Assembly (NCBI GenBank): GCA_040954595.2
Contig: CM082579.2
Span: forward strand, 15,290,550 to 15,354,549
DNA length: 64,000 nucleotides
Direction: 5' to 3'
From: Balanoglossus misakiensis
Lineage: Eukaryota; Animalia; Hemichordata
The notes under the pieces are model-generated. The model worked only from the letters and a program-made list of their open reading frames with translations. It made no database searches and was not told where the DNA came from. Positions 23,226 to 36,860 of the stretch are shown here, in pieces. Positions within the stretch are counted from its first letter, which is position 1. The number at the start of each line of letters is the position of its first letter. Both the position numbers and the translations under genes were made by a program.

Positions 23226-23429
23226 TGTTATGTTTCCATCAACATGGGAATAATAATGCGATCATAAGGTATAACAACAACCTATTTATTGATCGGCTGA
23301 AAAGACTCAACAATGTGCTTCGCCTTATCTGGGCGGAAGTGACGTCGTACAGCAATTCATAAACAAGTGGAACACCAACAATGCAACACTAGAGGGCGCT
23401 ATATTGATCGTAGCTGTCAGAATACTACA
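23226..23429 (-). repeat. 3' LTR
   Basis: tgttatgttt...aatactaca, same as 27903-28106; contains AATAAA on the minus strand (tttatt at 23285-23290). Confidence 0.97.
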
Positions 23430-23442
23430 TCCCCTCTTCTTT
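23430..23442 (-). other. Polypurine tract
   Basis: Minus strand AAAGAAGAGGGGA immediately before the 3' LTR. Confidence 0.9.
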
Positions 23443-23648
23443 AAGATAAATTGTTTCAAAACTTTTTTTGAATACGAATGTCACTGTGAATTGTCCTGTG
23501 CAAACTCTGCATTCATCTTGAATCAGTCTTTGTCAAAATCAAACGCAACAAACATGAAAAATACTCTGGGAAAAATGTGATAAATTTTCCTCTGTATAAC
23601 TCAACTTTCTGTGGAACAAATGGCGTATCTCAATATCAGAAAAAGCTA

Positions 23649-26600
23649 TCAATCAGTCACATAATCTTTGTATCGAGACGGCTTTTGTATATTTGTTCTG
23701 GTTCGTGTTGATCTCAACGATTCTTGGGCTGGTGACGCTGGCGTTGCGGGTTGTTGAGGCGGTGTTCCCTCTGTGACTGCTGGTGCAATATTGTGTTGAT
23801 CCATCCCTGTCTGTGCTGGTTTCAGTTTTGCGCTGACTGGTTTCAGGTGGATCCTGTTGCGTCGCATTTGTTTCCCGTTGTCTAACTTCACGGTGTAGGA
23901 CCTAGGTGTGTTTGCTGGGGCTACAACTCTCGCTGGACTCCATGTTTTGCTGATTGGGTTTTGTACATGGACTTGTTGACCTGTCAGCAATTCTGGTAGT
24001 TGTCTGGAGTGCTGGTCGTGGCTGGAAGTCTGGGCCTGCTGTTGAGATGTCAGGTATTGACGAACTTCCTCCCCGTTTCTTGCTGGGTGAATTTTGGCTG
24101 GGAGAGTTGTCTTGTATGCTCTGCTGTTCAGCAACTCAGCTGGTGATGGTATGTTGGACTTCAATGGAGTCGCGCGAAGTGCCAACAATGCTAGATTCGG
24201 ATCATCTCCAGACTCTTTGCACTTCATCAGGATGTTCTTCACGGTCTGTACATGTCGCTCGATAAAACCGTGCCCTTTGGGATAGTATGGTGATGATGTG
24301 ACTATCGCAAAACCATACTTCTCAGTTAGGCTGTGGAAGTCTCTAGCTGTAAACTGAGATCCGTTGTCACAAACTAGTTTCTCGGGTATTCCTTGCTCTG
24401 CAAATAGAATTCGGAGGGCTCTCATAATGGTACTGGCTCTGAGGTCTTCAAGTTTCCTAATGAAGGGGAACTTGGAGTAGTAGTCAGCAACTATCATGTA
24501 CCATGTTTGGTTCACGTAGAATAGGTCTGCTCCAATTGTGTGCCACGGTCGTGGTGGAATTTCCATTGGAATCATCGGTTCCTTCTGCTGGGAATTCTGG
24601 AATTTCTGGCACGCGTTGCATCCTGTTACTAGTCTCTCTATATCTTTACAAATTCCAGGCCAGTACACGCTGGATCTGGCTCTCAGCTTGCATTTCTCGA
24701 TCCCCAGGTGACTGCTATGAATGCGTTGTAGCATTTCATCTCTCATTACTGCTGGTATGAGGAGTCGGCTGCCTATCAGGATAATACCATCTTCGATAGC
24801 GATATCGTCTCGAATAGACCAGTAGGGTCGAATATCAGCGTGAATGTCCTTGATGCTATCTGGCCATCCTTTCAGGACTTGCTGGATCAATAATTGAAGA
24901 ATTTCATCTTTGGTAGTTTCTTCTTTGATCTCCATCTGTCTCATTGGTGTGATCTTCACCAGGTGGTGTATCTGGACTTTCATGTCACTGATTTCGTTCT
25001 GATCTTGTGGTGACAGTCTAGATAGTGCGTCGGCAAGTATCATCTGTTTGCCTGGCTTGTAGTGTATGGTGAAATCATACGGCTGTATGCGCAACAGCAT
25101 TCTCTGTAATCGGGGTGGTGCCTTGGTCAAATTCTTCCTCTGAATTTGCTCCAACGGTCGATGATCACTCTCTACTATGAAACTTCTGCCGTAGAGATAT
25201 GTGCGAAACTTCTCACATCCGTAGACTACCGCGAGTAGTTCTCTTTCTATATTGGCGTATCGGGTTTCCGCTGGTGTCAGGGCCTTGGACGCAAATGCTA
25301 TAGGTCTCTGTTCCTGTATGAGCACCGCTCCGATTCCCTTTCCCGATGCGTCGACTTGTAGAGTGACAGGCTTCTTACGGTCGTAGTAAGCAAGTGTAGT
25401 CTTTGTGCTGATCAGGTCCTTGATCATATTGAAAGACTTTGTGTGTGTCGGAGACCACTCAAACTCAGTGTCGTCTCTGATGAGCTCTCTCAGTGGTGCT
25501 GTGTGTTCAGCTAATCTGGGTATGAATGAACCCATGTAGTTCACCATTCCGAGGAATGTGCGCAGTTCGGTCTTGTCTCTAGGCGGATGCATCATCTCTA
25601 TCGCCTTGACCTTTTCTGGGTTGGGTTTAACTCCGTCTTCTGTGTATAACATGCCAAAGAAACTACATTCTTTTGTCTTGATGTAGCATTTCTCTTTGTT
25701 CAGTTTAATGCCTGCTTTCCTGGTTCGTTCCATGGCTTCGTGTAGATGCAGGTCATGGTGTCGCTCTCCTGATCCTAAGACTTGTATATCGTCTGCAATG
25801 CCGACTGCACCTTCACACTCTCTGTATGTTTCATCAATTTTGAATTGAAACACATCTTGGCTCATCCTTAGCCCAAATGGCATTCGTAGGAATCTGTAAC
25901 GGCCATATGGTGTGTTAAAGGTCGTCAGGAAGGATGATTCTTCATCGATCTTTACATTCCAGTATCCGTTCCGCGCGTCTAGCTTGCTGAAAAGTGTTGC
26001 GCCTGCCAACTTTGGGGTAATCTCCTCCAATGTGGGTGTAGGGTAATGATCCCTTTTAATGGCTTTGTTCAAGTCCTTCGGGTCCAGACAAATGCGAAGT
26101 CTTCCATTGTCTTTCTCCCGGACAACAAGAGAATTGACCCAGTTCGTAGGCTGGTTCACTTTGGCGATGATTTGCTTATCTTCCATCTCCTGCAGCTCGG
26201 TTTTGAGTCTATCCATTAGTTCTAATGGAACTCTGCGGGCAGGGTGTACTACTGGTTGTACTTCTGGATCAAGAGTGATGTGGTATGTGTAGTTTTCAAA
26301 ACATCCGACCACGTCGTCAAAGCAATCAGGGTACATCCTCAGCAACTGTTCTTTGTTCTTTATGGGAGGGCGGTCCCTGATGGGTGTATTACTGTCTATG
26401 TAGTCATCTGCAGGGTTTCTGTTTCTTCCTGCTGGCTTCTGTTCGTTCATCTTTCTCTTTTCCACTTCCACATTTCTTCCAGGATGTGCTGTCTTGCACT
26501 CTGGGCTCGCCTGCACTTGTATGGCTTCTACTGAACAGTTTATTTGTATCAGGTTTAAGGCTCTGCTTGCCTTTAACCCTAAAATGGCTAGGCCTGCGGC

Positions 26601-27040
26601 GTCAGTTACATAGAAGAGGCATCTGATTTTCCTCTCTCTATGTTCACATGGAATGACGATGGTGCCAAGCTGTTTGATTTTGGAACCTCCATATGCGGTA
26701 AGGATTGTTTTATTTTCCTTCAAGTGCCCGCGTTTTGGATTTCCGTGTTTATCCAGTTTCTCTGGAAATATGATCTTGAAAAGGCAGAGGGGCAGTATAT
26801 TGCTCTGTGCACCGGTATCAATCTTGCATCTCAGTGCTACTTTCCTTTTCTTTTCGCTCTGTGTGATTGTCAGTTTCGTGTATATTTCTTCTTGTCTGTT
26901 GATGTTGTCCAATGCATTTATTTCGATAGTACCAACATCTAGGACTTCATCATCTATTTGATGCATGTTGCTGCTCGAGCGTGTCACATTATGGATTGGT
27001 TTTCCACCTCGTCTCTGACTTCGGTTCGCTTGAGCTGGTT
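23649..27040 (-). CDS. pol: Pol polyprotein (aspartic protease, reverse transcriptase, RNase H, integrase)
   Basis: Motifs KIDTGAQ (PR), LRICLDP, RMPFGL, IADDI (RT), VDASG..YANIERELLAVV (RH), HSSHLG..CNAC, GADLF, DNGSQF, ERHVQT (IN). The frame is open 23649-27101; the true start is by fusion to gag near 27040. Confidence 0.96.
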
Positions 27041-27792
27041 TTGGAACGGCATACCGCCTGCCAGTGATTAGGTTTCCCACAATTTTGGCATTTCGAGCCA
27101 TATGCTGGGCAGTTACTTTTCACTGAGGTGTCATGCTTTTTTCCGAAATGCTTACATTGTTTGGGGTGTGTCTTGTTGGGCTGCCTTTTTACTCTGTTGA
27201 CAGCTTTGCTATCCACAGGATTAGCAATATGGCAATTTGTGAGCGTTTTCATGTGTTTTGTTGTGGCTTCGTGACCTCTAGCTATATCGAGCGCCTCCTT
27301 CAAGGTCAGTTTCTCATCACGCCCAATAAGTTTCTTCTGTATTTCTTGGTGACAGATCCCCCATATCAACTGATCTACGAGTCTTGCTTCCTGTTCTTTT
27401 GTATCCCCAAATTTGCATTTGGCGGCTTCATTTTTCAATTTCGAAAAGAAATCATCAACTGGTTCTCCAGGGTCTTGTCTCATATCTTGGAATTGGTATC
27501 TATGTATGCGATGATTCGACTTCGGCTCTAAGTGTTCGGAAAATTTGTCGAATAGTACTGTGGGGTCTTTCCGCTGGTCTTCATTTTCAAACGACCAACT
27601 GTTGTATTTGTCAAGACCTGGTTCACCGGACCATAGAAGTATGTAGCTAGCTTTCTCTTCATTAGCATCTTTAAGTGCTGTCTTAAATGTTAACTCACAT
27701 TTTTGACGAAAACGACTGAAGGCTATTGCTAGATCTGGCGCGTCCCATTCCATCTTTGGGGCTGTGAAGGGCGTTTGTAGTGCGGCCGCCAT
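26989..27792 (-). CDS. gag: Gag with two zinc knuckles
   Basis: ATG at 27792; QDPGEPVDDFFSKLKNEAAKCKF, LVDQLIWGI and knuckles CKHFGKKH..CPA..CQNCGKPNHWQAVC, typical of Mag-type gag. The first knuckle has F where a C is expected. Confidence 0.93.
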   Translation of the reverse strand: MAAALQTPFTAPKMEWDAPDLAIAFSRFRQKCELTFKTALKDANEEKASYILLWSGEPGLDKYNSWSFENEDQRKDPTVLFDKFSEHLEPKSNHRIHRYQFQDMRQDPGEPVDDFFSKLKNEAAKCKFGDTKEQEARLVDQLIWGICHQEIQKKLIGRDEKLTLKEALDIARGHEATTKHMKTLTNCHIANPVDSKAVNRVKRQPNKTHPKQCKHFGKKHDTSVKSNCPAYGSKCQNCGKPNHWQAVCRSKTSSSEPKSETRWKTNP

Positions 27793-27888
27793 CTTGTCAG
27801 GTCAGTTCGATGGTCTTTTCTTCTGTAGTTTTGGTGTCTTGTGTAGTCGATACTGTGTAAAGTCTGCTTACATCTGATCACTCACGTT

Positions 27889-27902
27889 CACCGCTGCCAC
27901 CA
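27889..27902 (-). other. Primer-binding site complementary to a tRNA-Leu 3' end
   Basis: Minus strand TGGTGGCAGCGGTG directly after the 5' LTR, complementary to ...CACCGCUGCCACCA of eukaryotic tRNA-Leu(AAG/TAG). Confidence 0.85.
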
Positions 27903-28106
27903 TGTTATGTTTCCATCAACATGGGAATAATAATGCGATCATAAGGTATAACAACAACCTATTTATTGATCGGCTGAAAAGACTCAACAATGTGCTTCGC
28001 CTTATCTGGGCGGAAGTGACGTCGTACAGCAATTCATAAACAAGTGGAACACCAACAATGCAACACTAGAGGGCGCTATATTGATCGTAGCTGTCAGAAT
28101 ACTACA
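27903..28106 (-). repeat. 5' LTR
   Basis: 204 bp, identical by eye to 23226-23429. Confidence 0.97.
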
Positions 28107-28959
28107 CCCCCCCCCCCCGCATGTTTAAAGGTTTCTATAGAAAAGCATTGTTGAGGTTCACAAAACTTTGAAGAAGCTTTGCAACACTAACTTTGGCCAA
28201 AGATTTGAATGTTAAGGTTTCACAAACGGAGTTACAGCTGAGGTTCAACTAAGACTAGTATAAGAGGCTTCAGCACGCCAAGTCTTGTAGCAAGCTTCAA
28301 CACAAAGCTTTTTGCAACATTGTTCAAAGCGTTGTCAAAGGTACTGCACAACCCTGGTGAAGTAGTGCTATATTTTCAATTAAATGGCTTAAGCCATTTG
28401 TCTCTCCAACCAGAATTGCACCAGAGTTAAATACACACAGCTTGAAATTGTAAAATGTTGCAAAATCAAACGATCACATCCTTACACCTATTATTAGAAC
28501 CAGAAGTTGAGTCAAAATTTTCCTACCTAGAAATTTTCTTTCCTATGAAGTTTTTTGCTTATTGGCATTCATATGGGAGCCTAGACCTATTCCAGCTGAG
28601 TTGCCAAAATGGCAATGTTGGACAATTCTTCTAATATGCATGATCAAAAATGGCCGCCAAATACCTTCTCTAAAATAAAACTTGGCCCTTTTTTCTCAAA
28701 ATTATGTGTAATATCTAAAATTTCAGGATTTGCATCCATATTGGTTATGTATTGCAAATATGGCAGTGTTTGGCAACTTTTCTATTTTGCATATTCAAAA
28801 ATGGCCGCCAATCACCACTAAAAGTGAAATTTTGCCATGTTTCCCAAAATGATGCGCAATATCGTATTTTCAGGATTAGCACATTCATATGGGTACCTTT
28901 AACAATACAACTGTGTTGCAAATTTGGCAGTGTTACCGTACTAATCATGAAGCAAGGAA

Positions 28960-29540
28960 GTGCAACCTCTGTATCCCAAATATATGTCTATCCCCACTGA
29001 TAGGAGTCACAAAGAGCCAGCCCCTCTGCATCATCCTGTTCCTCAAACTCACGATGGGAATCCTTTTCAGAATTCCGACCTCAAAACATCCAGGGATTCA
29101 CCATCATTCACCACACCCTCGTCAGTATCCACCATGTTTAGATCCAATGCCTGAACATGTTGTCTCTTTATCTATGGATTGCGATAAAGGCCAGTGGGAG
29201 TTTCATCTCCTTTTTTTTGCAATTTTGACCATTTTTATCTGGTGCATAATGCTAGAGTACATATCATCCATACAGGATGATGCATGTACAGTGATGGGAA
29301 ATGTATCAATCCACTCCTGCACTAGATTTGCATACAGTGCCATACCTTTTAGGGCTATTTTCTTGACCCTTTTGATAGTCTGCTGGCCAAAAGTGGCTGG
29401 CCAAAGTGGCCAGCAGAGACATTCTTCCAATACCCTTCATAGTGCCAACAGACAAGGCTTGGATATACAACCTGTGTTGCTTGTAAGGCACACATCTCCA
29501 ATTGGTACATTGGGCCAATTATACTGTACATGTACAGCTA
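28960..29540 (-). pseudogene. Degenerate coding-like exon at the outer end of the left palindrome arm
   Basis: Acceptor-like tttttttcctag (~29541-29549, minus). Reads ..GCISKPCLLAL*RVLEECL..TFGQQTIKRVKKIALKGMALYANLVQEWIDTFPITVHASSCMDDMYSSIMHQIKMVKIAKK, with an acidic tail in another frame. Flanked by inverted modules (28600-28930 vs 30150-30560). Confidence 0.3.
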
Positions 29541-30910
29541 GGAAAAAAATATACTTCATCATAGTTTCCATGGTCAGCAGCTTCAATAACTTGTTGCCTT
29601 TTCTTACTGAACATTTAGACTTATAAAGAAGTATAACAAGAATAAAGTTGTCCAATTAGTGTTGGCAGGGGGGTGGGGGATGTGTTCTCCCATACAAAGG
29701 TGTATAGGTATGTAGTCTTTAAGAAAAACTTGGGGTAAATGACCAGAAAATTTGACTTATAATACAAATAGGTCGGGTTTTGGGCATTTACACGTGTTGA
29801 TGTTATCGACTGGGGCGACAGACTACCATCCGAAAAAAATTCAAGTACCCCCCCCCCCCTCGGGTGCCGGCCAGTGGGATGGAGGTGATAGAAACTGTTG
29901 CAGATACAATAGAGGCCTACAACCTGAAAACCTTCTGGCTTTAACCGAGGACTTGCCATTAAAGATACCTGTAGGCCCCTATATGCTGCTCCCACATACA
30001 CTCCCAGTCCTAAACCTTGCATCTGATTTGTGGTGCAGATGAATAATTAAGATTGGCTTGACAATTAGCACACTTAATTGCCTGTTATGAGATATAATGC
30101 ATACAATCATGGGACAAGAATGGCAAAAGTTAAATTATCCAGCAGGTGTTTGAATTATGCAAATTAGAGCAGTTGTCTAATATTGCCATGTCAACCATGT
30201 TGAAATTGTTTTAGGTACCCATATTAATGGAAACCCTGCAAATTCGATATTACACACCATTTAAAACAAATATGGGAAATTAACATGTTAGAGAAATTTG
30301 GCGGCCATTTTGGATTATGCAAATTAGAACAGTTGTCTAATATTGCCATGTCAACCATGTTGAAATTGTTTTAGGTACCCAGGAGAGTTGAATGAAAATG
30401 CCATTTGCAATGCAGTTGTCTTGTATTGGGTGCCCATATTAAGGCATTCTTGAAAACGAAACATTATTCATCATTTTGACGCAAACAGAAAAGGTGTTCA
30501 AATGTAAATTAGAAGAGTTGCCCAACCCTGCCATATTTGCAATACAGTTGTAGTGACTGTCAACTCGACTACAGACAGTCTCGATGAACACAAGACATGA
30601 TCCCAATTTGCAAGCTGAGTTGAAACTGACTGCTGCAGTAACTTAGCTGTGGGAATGTCTTGTGTGATTTAAAACAATGATGACCAAATTTAACACAGTT
30701 TCTCTGAGGTAACCATTTAGCTTTCGTGACTAAGTTTGTTTAAGAATCCTTTATTCTACCCAAGGAACAAATTTCCTTAGAATTTCACAACTGAGACACA
30801 GTTTACAGATATACAAAAAGTGCGTACTACAAACATAAGAAATTGTTTGCATTTTTTTTTTCTGATGGCAATGCATTTGACTGTAAACAGACATTGACGT
30901 CCTTTAGTAA

Positions 30911-31730
30911 GGGACTGTTCAGTTTTGGTGGAGGGGGGGGCAAAAGTTTGTGTCATTGGTTTTCAAAATCAGGCCGACACCCCCTTCAACCAGGACCAAT
31001 AAAATGATGACCCCCCCCCTTTGACAGGACCAAAATATGATGACCCTCCTCCCACCCCGAAAACATTTGCCATCCTTATCTTATGTACACTGACTGTATG
31101 CAATAAAGGTAAAGGGTCTCCTCACACCTCAATTCTAAATTTCTTAAAGAAATTTATAATTTGAAGTGTATAATTATATAGCGTTGCAATAAAGAAGGTC
31201 TATGGATAAATTAAAAGGACACGTCAATACAATAGTTGGTAGAATTGGTAAAACAAGAAAAGTGGAAAGGGTGGGTGTACGTAGGACAATTTTGTAAAAT
31301 ACAATTAATGCATTTTAATGAACTCAAAGGCAAATTAACTTAATGTTGGGGAGGACAAATTTCACTTTTGCCACTCAAAGTTAACATCAGTGGGGGTGGG
31401 ATGCCAAGTATTCTGCCCTGGTACACTATATGTGGCGAAGAAATAAGGGGATGGGTGTGGGAGGGGATGTCCCCCTTCCACATAAGAAAACTTTGTAAAA
31501 TATGTAGCTCAAAGTTGCATTTTAATGAAGTCAAAAGCAAATTATCTCAATGTTTGAAAGGACCAATTTTACTGTTGCTACTCCACTCAAAGTTAGCATC
31601 GGTGGGTACATGTATATGACCTCCCCCCTAAACGTTTGAAAAAAAGATGACTCCCTCTTTTGGATTTCAAAATTTAAGTGACCCCCTGGATTTTGCCAGC
31701 CTCCCCCCACCGTAAAAACTGAATGGTCCC
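30911..31730. mobile_element. PIF/Harbinger-like MITE (TAA TSD), left arm only
   Basis: TAA|gggactgttcagttttggtggagggggg ... ccccccaccgtaaaaactgaatggtccc|TAA; absent at the partner position (~55060). Confidence 0.85.
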
Positions 31731-32856
31731 TAAGCGCTATTTTGTCAGTGAAATGGCTCCAATGTTATCCCTCCAACTATAGTTGAAACGGAGTTAAATA
31801 TGTACAGCTTGAAATCATAAAATGTTGCAAAATTGAACCAAGAGTTTGGTCAATGATCAAGTTCTTACAGCTATTACTAGAACCATACAGTCTCAGCGAA
31901 CAAGAGACATTGGTCCGATTTGCAAGCCGAGTTGGAACTGACTTTGCCTGCACACAGATGTGCCAATTTCAGCGAATCTTATCGTATTTAAAAATGAATA
32001 CGGAGAATTGTTATCTGTGTTCCTATTGCTAGCCTACATACATGTAGCTGTTGTCATTCTAGTGTTTTTTTCTGTATACCAAAATTGCCACACTGTTTGG
32101 GATACTTTTATCAAATGTTATGTGATACTATATCAGCCTGTTTTGGGGATCTTGACAATGACATATATTAGACTTTTCATACACAGCATGAGGTAGAATT
32201 TCAGAAACGATTAGGTAATAAGACTGCATATCTCATAGGAAATAATCACTTTAGAAGTATTACGATAAAAAAAATCATTTCACTCTTATTGGGAGCATAC
32301 ATTAGTAAAACATACATACAGACATGAATACAGACATAGAGAGATCAAGGTGTATACGATTTTCAGTGGGGGAGGGGGTCCTCCTTAATTGCAAACAACT
32401 ATGTAATGGTAATTTCCCTTTTATAATAACAATTTTTGAGGTATAAGGAAAAAATATCAAACAAAATAAACAAAAAAACTAATTCAGCTATGATTTGATT
32501 CAATTATCATTCTAAAGAAGCACATATCATTAACTCACAACTAAACTTTTAAAGTGATCAACCATGCACTTTCTGAGAATTTTTTTTATGCCCCCAAAAT
32601 ACAATTTTTTCATTTTCAGAACATTTATGATATATCACAGTAAAAAAATCCCCTGGAAACTGCAAAACAAAAAACTGCAAAGCAATCAAACAAAAATGGC
32701 AAAAATTGTCCACAAAAACTATATTGACACTTCCATCATAGGATTTGTTAAAATGTCGTGATAACACACCTAGGAACCTGCAAACCAAATTTCAAAGAAC
32801 TGTGAGTAGAGGTTTTTGAGTATTTGACCAAAATCACCCCAAAAATATACTTCAAA

Positions 32857-35205
32857 CCAGATATTAACTGAATATGCTCACGTGCAGTACTGTGATTGGT
32901 TGACAGAATAACAAGATTAGAAAAACCAGTGTTAAACCAATTTGGTTTATAGTGTATATGGTGTAAGGGTTGTGTGTTGCACCATTGTGAAATGTAAACA
33001 TGTTTGTGGAATTGTTGCCTTGTCAATTTTTGTAAGGGGTTATGAGTCATGTACCCCATCCTGAACTGCATAAAAAGATAAGTCTATGGAATTCTAAAAC
33101 TCGTTGATCAAAAATGGCAAGAAATATACCAAAAAGTATGAATATTTCACCAGATTTCAACAAATCTGATTTCTGTTCATGCCTAAGAACCTCTTTAACA
33201 AGTTTCAATAGGAAGACATTTTGGCAAACAACAGGTAATTCAGACAAATCTGACTGATATCACATATATGATTTCCCATTCAAAGTTTCCAATCAATTGG
33301 ACTTGTGGTTTTACTGAAGACTATTTGGCCAAACCCTGCAGAATTCCCCAAAAATACAATTATGCAAATTTCTTTACAATTTGATCATATTTGACTGAGA
33401 TCACCCCTAGAAACCCAAATACAAAGTATCAAAACAATTGCACTTACAGTTTCACGGGATTTGATTTTTTGACAAAAACAGGAAATATTGCCCAAAAATG
33501 CATTTTTGCAAATTTCACCACCGTTTGCACAAATGTGATTCAGGTAAGCCCTATGAACCTCCATACCAAGTTTCCAATCAATTGGACATGTAATTTCAGA
33601 GAAGAATTTTTTTAAACAAAACTGCAGAAAATTCCCCCAAAAATTCATAAAAAATAGCAAACGCCAGATACTGACTCCACCTGAACAAAATCATACGAGG
33701 TCTTCCCATAGTACTTGCACACCAATGCACGCCAATTTTTAACTGAATCTGATCCGCTGTTATTAAGTTTTTCAATTTTGACTACTTGAACATTTTTCCA
33801 GTTAATACCAGTATGCATTTTTTCGCAATAACAATTTCTATGTACACACTAAATATCAGTAGTTTCAAGTTTTTGATGTTGATGGACATACACATACATA
33901 CATCAATACATTTAGACGAAACTGATCCATTCGCAAAATACATAATTCTGTATGAGGCACACATACAGACATACATAGACGACGGACACCAACTTATGCT
34001 ATAAGCTGACATTGATATACATGTTAGCCAAAAACCAAAATCAACCTCAAAATAGACATTAAAATATATTGCACCACCATGAGAAGACAAATTCATTTTT
34101 CGACAAATTTTCTGGGGCGTCATTGATATACCAAGCATATTGTCAAAGTACGTAGTCTCTGTGATAAGATTCCATACACACAAAATGGTAACCTTGGAAG
34201 TCCAGCTGACGTAGTTATGCAATGGCGTCTCGTGTATTCCGTCGCCAAAAAATCATCGTAAAATTGATAGTCGGGGTCACAATTCAAGACGACTTTCTCT
34301 AAATTCTTTATGAATGGATTAAATCGAAATCGAAATGTTGACGTATGACGTACGGAATGAGATCTGAACAGACATTCAATGTTATCATTCTCGCTCGATC
34401 ACATATTGGGTAAGCCATCTAGCAATCGCTATATAGTATTGGCGATAACAGACTGTCTATAAACTCACAAAACGGATTTTACTGTTGAGTGTGATCAACC
34501 GCCACGTTATTTTTCTCTGAACAATAGACAAATAGAAAGCCTGGTGACATTTTGAGATTGACTGCGTGAGGACCACAATATGCGTGAATCATTTACGGTT
34601 TGTCTCGATGAATGGGTCACGTCATAGTCATAACGCGGATTCGGCTGCACGCCAACTATCCGCCATATTGTCTCCACTAACTTACTCGTAAGTAGTTTCA
34701 AACTTCATTTGAAAAGAGTATTCGTCTGACGGTCCTGTAGATTAACAATTTACGCTCTATGAAGCAACTAAACAACGTTAGCTTCCTTGTGGATTCACGT
34801 AGGGAAGTTATTCGTAACGACGGGTACAGCGTCTGAGCATGGACAGAACCACGGCAATATCGCCAGGAATGTCTCATTTCACAGCGCCCTCAAACTGTCG
34901 ATCTCCTCAAACTATCGTTTCCACTGGTCATATATGCGGCATTAACGAAAGCTCACATAGACAATCATGTAATAGAAAAATTAAAACTTAAATAACTTCA
35001 TTAATATCAAAGCCACACGCACCAAAACCTTTTCAGTTCTTGCCATATGATATCTGAACCTGTGTACTAAATTTGGTTGAAATCGGTTCAGCGGTTCTTT
35101 AGATATCGGGTATACAGACAGACACACACACACATACATACATACACACACACACACAGACATCGCTAAACCATAAGCTCACGTGATTTTCACGTGAGCT
35201 AAAAA
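32857..35205. mobile_element. Composite left-arm-specific insertion ending in a Helentron/HINE-type hairpin
   Basis: The partner arm is contiguous at ~53955. The insert sits in an A-run and ends with a (CA)/(CATA) microsatellite, then AGCTCACGTG-atttt-CACGTGAGCT (35176-35200) and aaaaa. Confidence 0.7.
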
Positions 35206-36269
35206 TGAAAAAAAATCCATGAGGTCTCAAAATGAATACACACCAATTTCTAAAGCAATTTGACCAATTTCCACCAATTTCACATTGGTCCCAGTGGTAG
35301 ATAGACATATACGAAATGGGAACCAAAGAATAAAACACATTTCAAAGATTTAACACATCTTTTTCCTCAAGAGTGTTTTTCAAATCTTCTCCACATCCTT
35401 CAAAATCGCCACCATAAAGCCATATTACTTGTAGTGCTTATGTTTGTCATATCTAGGTGATGCATACCACTATAGATGTGTACCCTTTGTATAGAGGCAG
35501 ATTAAACAGGTGTGGTACCTGTTAAATATCTGACTTCTTTAAATTACAGCCACAATCGTCAGTCAACAAGATGTTCATGTAGATGTATACCTAGCAGTAA
35601 GCTTATTTAGATTGACAAATCTTAGATGAAAATAATGAAAAAGTGGCACAACCCTTAGGGCTTTAACTAGCAGCTTTATGCCAGATGAGTTCGAGTCTAA
35701 CGATGTAATGTTGACATTAAGGTTTCATTGAAATAACTTGGGAACCTCTCTACTATTTGAAGCACCAAAGCTGTGAAAAACTTCCTTCTTTCCCTGAGTT
35801 TTTTATGAATATGTTCTAATCTGGGACAACAATTTGTTGCCAAGTGTCTTGACCCCTTTACCAAATGTCAGGGACCGGATTTTTTTCAGCAAAATTTCAA
35901 GTAACCTTGGCTGATTTTTTACCTACTTTCACATATTGGGTAGCATGAAACAAAGTATGGCTTCCAGAAGGGTTATAGATACAGTGTTTTGTAATAACAA
36001 GAATTAACATGAAACTATAATTTCATGGTTAATTTAGGACCGCCTTAATCTATGGTAATGTCATTAAATATTTGCATATCTAATTGTAGGCTATCCAGTG
36101 GAGGGAGAAACCTAAACATGGACAACATTGGGGTCAAAATTGTTTGACAGAACTTTGGGTGACTTTGGGTAAACCTTGACCAACATTACTATATCTTGGC
36201 ATCCAGAGCAGATGCAACCTTGACACTTGGAGTGATGGAAATGCATAATGGAGTATTATGTCTCAGCTA

Positions 36270-36860
36270 GTCACAGTGCTTTTGCTGTGTTTTATGTCTT
36301 TTATTCAGCCAAATTAGATGTTTTTTATTACACATTGGCTGTGTTTGCCAGTACTTTTTAGCTGGTCACACTGCCTTAAGACAATGTATTCTCAAAATAC
36401 CATGCAATCATTATGAAGCATATACAGCAGACAAAGTTATGGTATGACTGAACTTGCCCTTCTTTGTGACTAAAGCATGACCGGCCTGTCTTAGGTGGCC
36501 CCTACCTAGGGGCTTTACCCGTCATTGGCTCACAGTCTGAGAAATCAGCTCTGCAGGGAAGTTAACGATGTAACCCACCATTAAAGCTTGGATTTCCGCT
36601 TTTTGTATCTGATGCCTGGCTGAGGCCTTCTTAGGATCTACCCAACGCTGAGTAGGCTATCCCGTCATTGGCACACAGTCTCAGGGAGGGAGTCCAAAGT
36701 TCAGTATACCAGCAAAGCCTTTATATTGTCCATTCTTTTTAAGAGAAGGCTGGCTGCTGTAGAAAAATGTTGATCTCAAATGTATCATGTCCAAAAAAAG
36801 GCAGACTTCCAGCCCTATTGGTTAGGCTGGCATTAGGTATGTACATAATTAATGAGGCAA
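36270..36860 (-). repeat. Highly conserved arm core (partner 52300-52900) containing a decayed exon-like segment
   Basis: Visibly closer match between arms than the outer segments. Acceptor ttctacag and internal repeat GACTGTG(T/A)GCCAATGACGGG; stops in all three frames of the exon-like strand. Flanked by inverted modules 35975-36265 / 36860-37150. Confidence 0.8.

Larger units (their letters stand above)
23226..28106 (-). mobile_element. Full-length Ty3/Gypsy LTR retrotransposon (Mag-like), recently inserted
   Basis: Two 204-bp TG..CA LTRs identical by eye, plus PBS, PPT, gag and PR-RT-RH-IN order. Inserted in a poly-C run (CCCCC on both sides, consistent with a TSD). Confidence 0.97.

Noticed and set aside
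23954-27650. Several + strand ORFs inside the Gypsy element
   Set aside because: Antisense to gag/pol with no recognisable motifs.
28889-29626. 245-aa + strand ORF as a membrane protein
   Set aside because: Starts inside a repeat module and has no domain; the opposite strand has the splice acceptor and a more protein-like reading.
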